The notes under the pieces are model-generated. The model was not told the origin of the DNA and ran no database searches. It saw nothing but the letters and a program-made list of their open reading frames with translations. The position numbers and the translations under genes were made by a program. This document shows, piece after piece, positions 1 to 7,413 of a stretch of 57,351 nt of DNA. The DNA comes from Candidatus Limnocylindrales bacterium (GTDB lineage: Bacteria > Chloroflexota > Limnocylindria > Limnocylindrales > CSP1-4): NCBI GenBank assembly GCA_036556145.1, contig DATBKB010000023.1:1-57351 (forward strand), given 5' to 3'. Each line of letters begins with the position of its first letter. Position 1 is the first letter of the stretch.

Positions 1-469
1 GGCCGAAGAGGCGGCCCTTGCGCAAGACGAAGCCGGTCGCCCGGTCGGTCCGCGGGTCAATGAGGACGAGGTCGAGCGTGCCGACGTCGCCGTCGGTGGC
101 GACGACGCGCTGCCCGGCCCGCAGCGGCCGGCCGCCGGCCATGGCGCCCAGCTGGCCCGAGGAGGCCGTCCGCAGGAGCCCCGGGCGCTCGAGCGAGGCG
201 CCCACTTCCCCACCGTCCGGCTGCGCCGGCGGGAGGTGCACGACCTCGACTGGCCCGAGCGAGACCCGCACCCGCTCGGTGTCCGCCGACTCGACCGCGT
301 CGATCGGCACCGCGACGGAGTACGGCAGCACGTCCGAGCTGCCGACGACGATCGCCGCGACCTCGCCCCCGCCGGGCCGGTACACGATTCGCTCGACCAC
401 GCCGACGTACTCACCGGCGGCGTACACCGGGGCGCCGGTGCGGATCTCGAGCCGCTCCGTCAGTGCCAC
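1..469 (-). CDS. PRC-barrel domain protein; N-terminus in window, 3' end runs off the left edge
   Basis: The minus-strand frame is open from GTG 469 to position 1. An alternative TTG at 481 lies 6-7 nt after GGGAG. The translation VALTERLEIRTGAPVYAAGEYVGVVERIVY...RAGQRVVATDGDVGTLDLVLIDPRTDRATGFVLRKG shows two PRC-barrel-like repeats. It is absent from the ORF track because it has no stop in the window. Confidence 0.6.
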   Translation of the reverse strand, partial: MALTERLEIRTGAPVYAAGEYVGVVERIVYRPGGGEVAAIVVGSSDVLPYSVAVPIDAVESADTERVRVSLGPVEVVHLPPAQPDGGEVGASLERPGLLRTASSGQLGAMAGGRPLRAGQRVVATDGDVGTLDLVLIDPRTDRATGFVLRKGRLFG

Positions 470-508
470 ACGATCGACCAAATCGTCACTCCCGCTTCGA
501 ATGCGCAA

Positions 509-535
509 GGGACTCCGGCCCGCGGCCGGAGTCCC
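509..535 (-). terminator. GC-rich hairpin downstream of the BON gene
   Basis: GGGACTCCGGCC-cgc-GGCCGGAGTCCC forms a perfect 12-bp stem between the BON stop (571) and the PRC-barrel start. On the minus strand it is followed only by a weak T-tract (TTGCGCATT). Confidence 0.5.
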
Positions 536-570
536 TCACACCGTGCAGGCCCGCCTGCCCGGTCGTCCGC

Positions 571-1245
571 CTACAACGAGACGACGATCCGGTTCTCGAC
601 CGTGGCGACGCCCGGCGCGGACCAGGCGACCCGTTCCGCCTCCTGCTTCTCGGCCCACGCCCGGACGGTCCCGGAAAGGATCACCTTGTCGCCACGGACC
701 TCGACGTTGATGCGCTTCGCATCGAGCTCGGCGCTGCGGACGAGGGCGTCCTCGATCTGCTTCTTCATCTCCTCGGCCGAGGGCCGCTGGACCGGCTTCA
801 CGGTGATGAGGTTGCTGACGCCGCGGACGCCGGCGATCCGGCGGACGACGCGCTCGGCATCGGCCCGCTGAAAGCCCCAATTGACCTCGCCCTTCAGCGT
901 CACCCAGCCCTTCGAGACGGTGACCTCGATCCTGTCCGGGTCGAGGTTTGCGTCCCACTCGAGGGCCCGTGCGGCGGCCGCGGCAATGTCCGCGTCGGTG
1001 CGCTCGGCCGAGGCGGGCAACCGGACCTCGATGTCGTTGGCCACCGCCTTGACGCCGCGGACGCGGTGTGCCGCTTCCTCTGCCGCCCAGCGCTTGAGAT
1101 AGCTGTCGACCCAGCCGGTGAGCGTGACGACGCCGTCCTTGACGGCCACGCCGACCTCGTTCGGCTGGAGCATCGCGTCGAACTTCAGCTCGCGCAGGAC
1201 CTCCTGCTGGATCTCCTCGTCCGTCCGTACCGCGATGGCCATCAA
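571..1245 (-). CDS. BON-domain protein (OsmY-like, three BON repeats)
   Basis: 224 aa with three repeats of the pattern (V)xVxVxxGxVTLxGxV...A...A..V.GV..V.N.I.V. It lies 23 nt downstream of dnaK. Confidence 0.85.
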   Translation of the reverse strand: MMAIAVRTDEEIQQEVLRELKFDAMLQPNEVGVAVKDGVVTLTGWVDSYLKRWAAEEAAHRVRGVKAVANDIEVRLPASAERTDADIAAAAARALEWDANLDPDRIEVTVSKGWVTLKGEVNWGFQRADAERVVRRIAGVRGVSNLITVKPVQRPSAEEMKKQIEDALVRSAELDAKRINVEVRGDKVILSGTVRAWAEKQEAERVAWSAPGVATVENRIVVSL

Positions 1246-1268
1246 CGGCCTCCTTCCTGTGCTTCGGG

Positions 1269-3179
1269 TCAGACTTCCCGGTATTCGCCTTCGACAGTCC
1301 CCGGCGGCGTCTCGCCGCGTCCGTCAGCGCTGCCCGGACCCCGCTGACCGCCGCCGGCGGCCGCCCCGACCGGCTCGCGGGCCTCGGTCTCGACCCTCGA
1401 GAGGACGCGCTCCAGCGCCTCGACACCGGAGCGGATTGCGCTCGAGTCGTTCCGCTCGATCGCCTGGCGGACCTCCTGGGCCCGATTCTCGATCTCGAGC
1501 TTCAGCTCGCTGGGGATCCGGTCGCCCGCTTCCTGCAGGACGCGTTCGGCGGAGTAGGCCATGTTGTCGGCCCGGTTCCGCAGCTCGGCCTCCTCGCGCC
1601 GTCGGGTGTCCTCGGCAGCGTGCTGCTCGGCCGCCTTGATCATCCGCTGGATCTCGGCCTCGGACAGGCCGCTCGTCGGCTGGATCTCGACCTTCTGCTC
1701 CTTGCCGGTCGCCTTGTCGCGCGCGGAGACATGGAGGATCCCGTTCGCGTCAATGTCGAAGGTCACCTCGATCTGGGGCACGCCGCGTGGCGCCGGCTGG
1801 ATGCCGTCGAGGACGAAGCGGCCGAGGCTCTTGTTCTCCGAGGCCAGCGGTCGCTCGCCCTGGAGGACGTGGATCTCGACCTGCTGCTGGTTGTCATCGG
1901 CAGTCGAGAAGATCTCGGTGCGGCGGGCCGGGATCGTCGTGTTGCGCGGGATGAGGACGGTCATCACGCCGCCCTTCGTCTCGACCCCGAGCGAGAGCGG
2001 GGTGACGTCCAGAAGGAGCACGTCCCGGACGTCACCTTTGAGCACTCCGGCCTGGATCGCCGCACCGACCGCCACGACCTCGTCCGGGTTGACGCCCTTG
2101 TGCGGCTCCTTGCCGTTGAAGAGCTTGCGAACGAGCTCCTGGACGGCCGGCATCCGCGTCTGCCCGCCGACGAGCACGACCTCGTCGACCTCGGCGGCGG
2201 CGACCTTGGCGTCGGCGAGCGCCTGCTCGACGGGACCCCGGGTGCGCTCGATGAGGTCCCTCGTCAACTGCTCGAGCTTCGAGCGCGTGAGCGTCATCTG
2301 GAGGTGGATCGGGCCGGACGCGTTGGCGCTGATGAACGGCAGGTTGATCTCGGTCGACTGCGTCGTCGAGAGCTCGATCTTCGCCTTCTCGGCCGCCTCG
2401 CGGATCCGCTGCAGCGCGACACGGTCCTGGCTCAGGTCGATGGCCTGGTCCTTGCGGAACTCGGCGATGATCCAGTCCATCACCGCCCGGTCGAAGTCGT
2501 CGCCGCCGAGGAACGTGTCGCCGTTGGTGGCGAGGACCTCGATGACGCCTTCGCCGACGCGGAGGATCGAGATGTCGAACGTGCCCCCGCCGAGGTCGTA
2601 GACGGCGATGACCTCGTCCCGGCCGGCCTTGTCGAGCCCATAGGCGAGCGAGGCCGCCGTCGGCTCGTTGACGATCCGCAGGACCTCGAGCCCGGCGATC
2701 TGGCCGGCGTCCTTCGTGGCCTGGCGCTGGGCGTCGTTGAAATAGGCGGGGACGGTGATGACAGCCTGGTTGACCTTGTCGCCGAGCTTCGCCTCGGCAT
2801 CGGCGCGGAGCTTCTGGAGGATCATCGCCGAGATCTCGGGCGGCGAGTACGTCTTGCCACCCATGACCACCGCGACGTCACCGTTGGGGGCGCGGGTGAC
2901 CTTGTAGGGCACCCGCTTGATCGCCTCCTGGACCACCGGGTCATCGAACTTGCGGCCCATGAACCGCTTGATCGAGAAGATCGTGTTCTCGGGATTCGTC
3001 ACGGCCTGGCGGCGGGCGATCGTGCCGACGAGCCGCTGGCCCGTCTTCGGATCGATCGCGACGACCGATGGTGTGACGCGGCTGCCCTCGGCGTTTTCGA
3101 GGACGGTCGGCTGGCCCGCTTCGAGGACGGCCATGGCCGAGTTGGTCGTCCCGAGATCGATTCCGATGACCTTCGGCAT
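1269..3179 (-). CDS. dnaK: Molecular chaperone DnaK (Hsp70)
   Basis: 636 aa with the canonical Hsp70 motifs [18 protein letters not shown] and [10 protein letters not shown], plus a full substrate-binding and lid region. Confidence 0.98.
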   Translation of the reverse strand: MPKVIGIDLGTTNSAMAVLEAGQPTVLENAEGSRVTPSVVAIDPKTGQRLVGTIARRQAVTNPENTIFSIKRFMGRKFDDPVVQEAIKRVPYKVTRAPNGDVAVVMGGKTYSPPEISAMILQKLRADAEAKLGDKVNQAVITVPAYFNDAQRQATKDAGQIAGLEVLRIVNEPTAASLAYGLDKAGRDEVIAVYDLGGGTFDISILRVGEGVIEVLATNGDTFLGGDDFDRAVMDWIIAEFRKDQAIDLSQDRVALQRIREAAEKAKIELSTTQSTEINLPFISANASGPIHLQMTLTRSKLEQLTRDLIERTRGPVEQALADAKVAAAEVDEVVLVGGQTRMPAVQELVRKLFNGKEPHKGVNPDEVVAVGAAIQAGVLKGDVRDVLLLDVTPLSLGVETKGGVMTVLIPRNTTIPARRTEIFSTADDNQQQVEIHVLQGERPLASENKSLGRFVLDGIQPAPRGVPQIEVTFDIDANGILHVSARDKATGKEQKVEIQPTSGLSEAEIQRMIKAAEQHAAEDTRRREEAELRNRADNMAYSAERVLQEAGDRIPSELKLEIENRAQEVRQAIERNDSSAIRSGVEALERVLSRVETEAREPVGAAAGGGQRGPGSADGRGETPPGTVEGEYREV

Positions 3180-3182
3180 GGG

Positions 3183-3701
3183 TCAGCCTCCAGTGGGTTC
3201 GGTGGATGCTGGTGGAGAGTCCGGCGGCTCGCCGCCGCGGGGCACGGGCCCGCGGACGACGACCTGGGCGGGTCGGAGCAGGCGGCCACGGGCCGCGTAG
3301 CCCGGCCGGATGATCTGGCCGAGCGTCGCCTCGGCGGCGTGCGGGTCCGGCTCATAGATGACGGCCTCGTGGCGGGTCGGGTCGAACGGCTCACCGACCG
3401 CGCCGACCGGCTCGAGACCGAGCTGCTCCTGGAGATCGCCGAGCCTCGAGCGGGCCAGGCCGACGCCCTGGACCCAGGGATCGTCGGCGAGATGGCTTGG
3501 GACGTCGCCGAGGGCGCGATCGAGATCCTCGATCACCGGCAGCAGCGGCTCGAGGAGCCCGCTCCGAAGGCGATCGACCTCGGCCTCGCGCTCGGCGGAG
3601 ACGCGATGGCGGAAGTTGCGGAAGTCGGCGCGCTCCTGGCGGAGCAGCGACACGAGCTCCTCGACGCCCGGAAGCTCCTCGGTCGCACCGGATCGGCCCA
3701 T
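3183..3701 (-). CDS. grpE: Nucleotide exchange factor GrpE
   Basis: 172 aa with a coiled-coil N-terminal part and a GrpE-type C-terminal part (FDPTRHEAV...PGY..RGRLLRPAQVVV). The stop is 3 nt before the dnaK start. Confidence 0.93.
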   Translation of the reverse strand: MGRSGATEELPGVEELVSLLRQERADFRNFRHRVSAEREAEVDRLRSGLLEPLLPVIEDLDRALGDVPSHLADDPWVQGVGLARSRLGDLQEQLGLEPVGAVGEPFDPTRHEAVIYEPDPHAAEATLGQIIRPGYAARGRLLRPAQVVVRGPVPRGGEPPDSPPASTEPTGG

Positions 3702-3704
3702 CTC

Positions 3705-4556
3705 TCAGCCCTCCCCCGCCGCGCCGCGCTCGGCGCGGCGTTCCGGCGGGCCGTACGGCAGGTCGATGTACTCGACCGACGGCCGGCGCTGGGCGGTCTG
3801 TGGGTAGAGATGCATGAGCTCGAAGACGGTCGCCGGCATGTCCGTCCCGACCGTCAGCCCCAGCTGTCGGGCCTCGTCGACGGTGATCGGGTAGTCGTGC
3901 GTCCATTGGCCGCAGCTCAGCTCCTCCGCGAGCCGATCGGCCCGATCGGCCGGCAACCGGTCGCCGAGGAGACCGCGGACCGTTCGCCGGACCTGGCGGA
4001 GCGCCTTCTGGGCAACGTCTGCCTGGATGAGGGTCTCGTCGCGCACCCGGGCGACCGGCTTGCTCTCCATGACCTTGACGATCGAGGCGGCGGGGGACGA
4101 CCCGAGCTGGGGATCGACCGGCCCGAGGACGGCGTTCTCACCCATGACGATCTCGTCGGCGGCGAGCGCGATGAGCGTGCCGCCGCTCATCGCGTAGTGC
4201 GGGACGAAGACCGTCACCCGCGCCTTGTGACGCTGCAGCGCGTGGGCGATCTGGGATGCCGCGAGGACGAGCCCGCCGGGCGTGTGGAGGACCAGGTCGA
4301 TGGGGCGCTGCGGGTCAGTCAGCTGGATGGCCCGCAACAGTCGCTCCGAATCCTCGATGTCGATGTAGCGGGCGATCGGAAAGCCGAGGAAGCTCATCGT
4401 CTCCTGGCGGTGGATGAGGCCGATCGCCCGGCTGTGCCGCTCCTCCTCGAGCTTGCGGAACGCACGCACGCGCTGCGCCTCGAGGAGCCGCTGCCGGATC
4501 ACCGGCTGGAGCGAGGAGAGGATCAGGAAGATCCAGAGAAAGTCGATTGGTGACAT
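3705..4556 (-). CDS. ClpP-fold serine protease of the SDH (serine dehydrogenase proteinase)/SppA-like type, membrane anchored
   Basis: 283 aa. An N-terminal TM helix is followed by IGLIHRQE...LVLHTPGG...MSGGTLIALAADEI, typical of this family. The stop is 3 nt before the grpE start. There is no Shine-Dalgarno in front of the ATG. Confidence 0.8.
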   Translation of the reverse strand: MSPIDFLWIFLILSSLQPVIRQRLLEAQRVRAFRKLEEERHSRAIGLIHRQETMSFLGFPIARYIDIEDSERLLRAIQLTDPQRPIDLVLHTPGGLVLAASQIAHALQRHKARVTVFVPHYAMSGGTLIALAADEIVMGENAVLGPVDPQLGSSPAASIVKVMESKPVARVRDETLIQADVAQKALRQVRRTVRGLLGDRLPADRADRLAEELSCGQWTHDYPITVDEARQLGLTVGTDMPATVFELMHLYPQTAQRRPSVEYIDLPYGPPERRAERGAAGEG

Positions 4557-4571
4557 GGGGAGGCGTCCGTC

Positions 4572-4601
4572 GGCCGGCGCTCGTGAACGCGAGCGCCGGC
4601 C
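4572..4601 (-). terminator. Hairpin between hsp20 and the protease gene (possible partial terminator/attenuator)
   Basis: GGCCGGCGCTCG-tgaacg-CGAGCGCCGGCC forms a perfect 12-bp stem in the 52-nt gap between the hsp20 stop (4609) and the protease start (4556). Confidence 0.45.
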
Positions 4602-4608
4602 CGGGGGA

Positions 4609-5163
4609 CTACTTCCTGGAGCTCTCGGCCTGACCGCCGGACGGCGTTCCGCCCTTCGCCCTCGCGGCCGCGTCCTGGCGATCGGCCGAGGTGCCGCCGC
4701 CGTTTCGGCTGCCGGCGCTCGCCCGGCCGTCGCCGGCTACCTCGATTCGCCGAGCCCGGTTCTGGGCGGCCTTCGGCAGCTCGATCGTCAGCTGCCCGTT
4801 TCGGAAGCTCGTCGTGATGGCGTCCACGTCGACCATGCCGGGCAGCGCGACCGCCCGCATGAACTGGCCCTGGCGGCGCTCGCGGAGCAGGTAGTTGCCG
4901 TCCTTCTCCTCGCGCTCCTCGTTCATCTGGCCGCGAATCGTCAGCGTGCGGCCCTCGATGAGGATCTCGAGGTTCTTCGGGTCGATGCCGGGCACATCCA
5001 TGTCGACGACGTAGGCATCGTCGGTCTCGCGGACGTCGATCGGCGGGGCCAGGTCGGTCAGCCCTCCGTCGAACTGGACGAACGGCCAGTCGCCCATCAG
5101 TCGCTCGATCGCGTTGCGGAGAGGGACGACGTTTCGATCGGGGCGTCGGGTCAGGGTCATCAC
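4609..5163 (-). CDS. Small heat shock protein, Hsp20/alpha-crystallin family
   Basis: 184 aa with an alpha-crystallin domain (DVRETDDAYVVDMDVPGIDPKNLEILIEGRTLTIRG...FMRAVALP...NGQLTIELPK). AGGAGGTGAC lies upstream. The start is GTG 5163 or ATG 5160. Confidence 0.92.
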   Translation of the reverse strand: MMTLTRRPDRNVVPLRNAIERLMGDWPFVQFDGGLTDLAPPIDVRETDDAYVVDMDVPGIDPKNLEILIEGRTLTIRGQMNEEREEKDGNYLLRERRQGQFMRAVALPGMVDVDAITTSFRNGQLTIELPKAAQNRARRIEVAGDGRASAGSRNGGGTSADRQDAAARAKGGTPSGGQAESSRK

Positions 5164-5435
5164 GTCACCTCCTGGGGCGCGGCCCCGACCGGATGTGGCC
5201 GTCCACGCCTGTTCGCTTTCGCCTGCCGGAAACCGTCGCAGGGACGCGAGACCGGTGCAGTGGTCTCTGCTACGCGATGGGTCAGCGGAGGCCGGTGCCG
5301 TGTAGCCCGCGGTACGCGCTCGCCGTGCCGCGCCGGCGCCGCGTAGCGGGTGCTGCGGCGCAGGCGTGGCGCCTTCGGCGACGTTGCTTGCTGCCGGGTC
5401 GCGCCGGCACCCGACCCGCGCAAAGGAGGGCGGAG

Positions 5436-6002
5436 ATGAGCGAACGATACGCGCGGAACTGGTGGATGATCGGCCTGCGGGGCCTGCTCGCGATCGTATT
5501 CGGGCTCGTGGCGATCTACCTGCCCGACATCACGCTCCGGGCGCTCATCCTGCTCTTCGGTGCGTTCGCCATCGTCGACGGCGCGCTCAACCTGGGGGCC
5601 GGGCTCCGGGGTGACGGGGGGCAGCCCGACTGGTGGGCGATCGTCGCGGGACTCGCGGGAATCGCGATCGGCGTGGCGGCCGCGCTCCTGCCCGAGCTCA
5701 CGGCGGTCGCCCTGCTGATCGTCATCGGCTCGTGGGCGCTCCTGCTCGGAATCATTGAAGTGGTGGCGGCCATCCGGCTGCGGGACCGGATCCAGGGCGA
5801 GCTGCTTCTCGCCCTGGACGGCCTGGTCTCGATCGCCTTCGGGCTGTTCGTCATCGTCGCGCCCGGCGCCGGGGCGCTCGCCCTCGTCTGGCTCATCGGC
5901 GCGTTCGCGATCGCATCGGGCATCCTGCTGCTCGCCGTGGCGGTGCGCCTGTACCAGCGCCAGCGCGAGGCCGCCGACAGGGGGCATGCCGCCACCGGCT
6001 GA
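5436..6002 (+). CDS. HdeD-like (DUF308) acid-resistance type membrane protein
   Basis: 188 aa, six predicted TM helices with the repeated GxxxIxxGxxxL DUF308 pattern. AAAGGAGGG lies a few nt before ATG 5436. The longer track ORF from 5193 has an Arg-rich, non-protein-like N-terminus. Confidence 0.8.
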   Translation: MSERYARNWWMIGLRGLLAIVFGLVAIYLPDITLRALILLFGAFAIVDGALNLGAGLRGDGGQPDWWAIVAGLAGIAIGVAAALLPELTAVALLIVIGSWALLLGIIEVVAAIRLRDRIQGELLLALDGLVSIAFGLFVIVAPGAGALALVWLIGAFAIASGILLLAVAVRLYQRQREAADRGHAATG

Positions 6003-6144
6003 GCCACACCTCTGAATCCGGTCACAGGCCGGGCCGTTAGGTGTTTGCAACGTTGTTCGCCGCCGTCGTCCGCTGGAGTTGCGACGCCTGCGCGCAGGAT
6101 TCGACCGAGCGCGCCAACGCATCGACCCGCACGGGCGACCCTCC

Positions 6145-7413
6145 ATGCTGCTGTCGCATCCCAGGGACGACGGTCTGTTCGAGCAGATCGCCGCCAACCA
6201 GACGCGGGTCATCGACTCCGGCGCGCGCACCGTCCGCGCCGCGAGACGGGTCATCCGCCGGTGCTATCCCAGGGCCGACCTCTACCGGCAGACAGGCGTG
6301 CTCCTCGACGGCCGCCCGACGACCGTCTGGTTCGCCTACCGCGACGGCCGGCTCAGCCCCGCGCTGCCGACGAGCGAGTGGTGGAAGAGCGACGCGGGGG
6401 CGACCGCCAATCTCGATGGTTCCGGCGCATTGACCCGGGCCAGCCCCGAGTTCCGGACGCTCGTCGGCCTGCCTCCGGTGGTCAGCGGCGGCGAGGGCCT
6501 CGACGACCGGATCGGCCCCGACATCTGCCGCGAGCTGCGCCGGAGCGCGCGCGCGCTCGCCGGCCGGCGCGACGTCACGGGGGCGATCGAGCTGCGTCTC
6601 CCGTGGGGTCACCGGCGAACGGTCGAATTCCACGCCGGACGCCTCGCGTCGGGTGACTACACGCTGGTTCTCCGCTCCCTCGAGGATCGCGACGATGCGA
6701 TCGCCCGGGCGGCCACCAGCCTGGCACTCGGCGGGGCCTCGCCGGCTCATCGCAAGAAGCTGCTCGGCATGGGGCAGCGCCGGGAGCTGGGACCCGGCGA
6801 CGCGATCGGCGCCGACAGCCGCGCCACCTGGGCGATCCTCGTGCTCGCCGGGCTCATGCGACTCCTCATCCGGGCCGACGGGTCCGAGCCGACCCTGGCC
6901 TACGCCGGCCACGGGTCGCTGCTCGGGTCCCACGTTCTCCCCGGCGACGAGCTCGTGCCCATCGATGTCCAGGCCGTCACCCCGAGCGTCGTGATGCAGC
7001 TGCCGGCCCAGGCGGTCGCGGACCTCATCGAGTCCGACGGCCGCTTCGCCCGCGCGGTCGTCGACCAAGCCCAGGCGCTCTACGGCTCGACGGCGCTGAC
7101 GCTCGCGGCCCGGACCGCGTCGGACCTGCCCGCGCGACTCGCCCGGGAGATCACCCTGCTCGCCGAGTGGCATCCGCCGCGGGGCCTCATCCCGGTGACC
7201 GAGCAGCAGCTCGCCGACGGCGTCGGCAGCATCCGCGAATCGGTCGCCCGAACGCTCGGGACGTTCCGCCGGCGGGGCTGGATCGCGACGACTGGCCGCG
7301 GCTTGCTCGTGCTCGACCAGGTCGCGCTGCGCGTCGCGATGGGCGGAGACGTGGCGCCGCGGCCCGCGCTGCCGGCGCCGGCCGGCTCCTCCGGGGGAGC
7401 GCTCCTCGCCTAG
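6145..7413 (+). CDS. Transcriptional regulator: N-terminal PAS-like sensor module fused to a Crp/Fnr-type effector domain and C-terminal wHTH
   Basis: The C-terminal region (...LPARLAREITLLAE...VTEQQLADGVGSIRESVARTLGTFRRRGWI...) is a Crp/Fnr HTH preceded by a beta-barrel-like effector region. The N-terminal 180 aa are paralogous to the product of 21789-22361. The start is taken at ATG 6145; the track start TTG 6079 directly abuts GGAG. Confidence 0.75.
   Translation: MLLSHPRDDGLFEQIAANQTRVIDSGARTVRAARRVIRRCYPRADLYRQTGVLLDGRPTTVWFAYRDGRLSPALPTSEWWKSDAGATANLDGSGALTRASPEFRTLVGLPPVVSGGEGLDDRIGPDICRELRRSARALAGRRDVTGAIELRLPWGHRRTVEFHAGRLASGDYTLVLRSLEDRDDAIARAATSLALGGASPAHRKKLLGMGQRRELGPGDAIGADSRATWAILVLAGLMRLLIRADGSEPTLAYAGHGSLLGSHVLPGDELVPIDVQAVTPSVVMQLPAQAVADLIESDGRFARAVVDQAQALYGSTALTLAARTASDLPARLAREITLLAEWHPPRGLIPVTEQQLADGVGSIRESVARTLGTFRRRGWIATTGRGLLVLDQVALRVAMGGDVAPRPALPAPAGSSGGALLA

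Noticed and set aside
1620-4553. 977-aa plus-strand ORF (and many similar entries such as 1561-2601, 3358-3807) covering dnaK, grpE and the protease on the opposite strand
   Set aside because: The translation is an Arg/Asp/Leu/Gly/Glu-rich low-complexity sequence with no recognisable motifs. It lies exactly antisense to unmistakable dnaK/grpE coding sequence. This is a classic shadow ORF of GC-rich DNA.
5187-5195. Shared 9-mer GACCGGATG upstream of both hsp20 genes (5187-5195 plus strand; its complement CATCCGGTC at 15643-15651) as a possible common heat-shock operator
   Set aside because: The two copies are in opposite orientation relative to their genes and at different distances from the start codons (about 25-35 nt versus about 55 nt). 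One 9-mer match between two 200-270 bp GC-rich regions is roughly what chance predicts. It needs genome-wide motif statistics before being believed.
5248-5267. Inverted repeat GAGACC-N8-GGTCTC in the hsp20/HdeD divergent region as a candidate stress operator
   Set aside because: It has only 6-bp arms, is a single occurrence, and has no counterpart upstream of the second hsp20 or other stress genes in the window.
6038-6058. AT-richer patch TTAGGTGTTTGCAACGTTGTT with the 8-bp palindrome CAACGTTG (6048-6055), about 90 nt upstream of the Crp-type regulator, considered as a Crp/Fnr autoregulatory site
   Set aside because: It does not resemble TGTGA-N6-TCACA or TTGAT-N4-ATCAA half-site architectures. 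An 8-bp palindrome alone is weak evidence.
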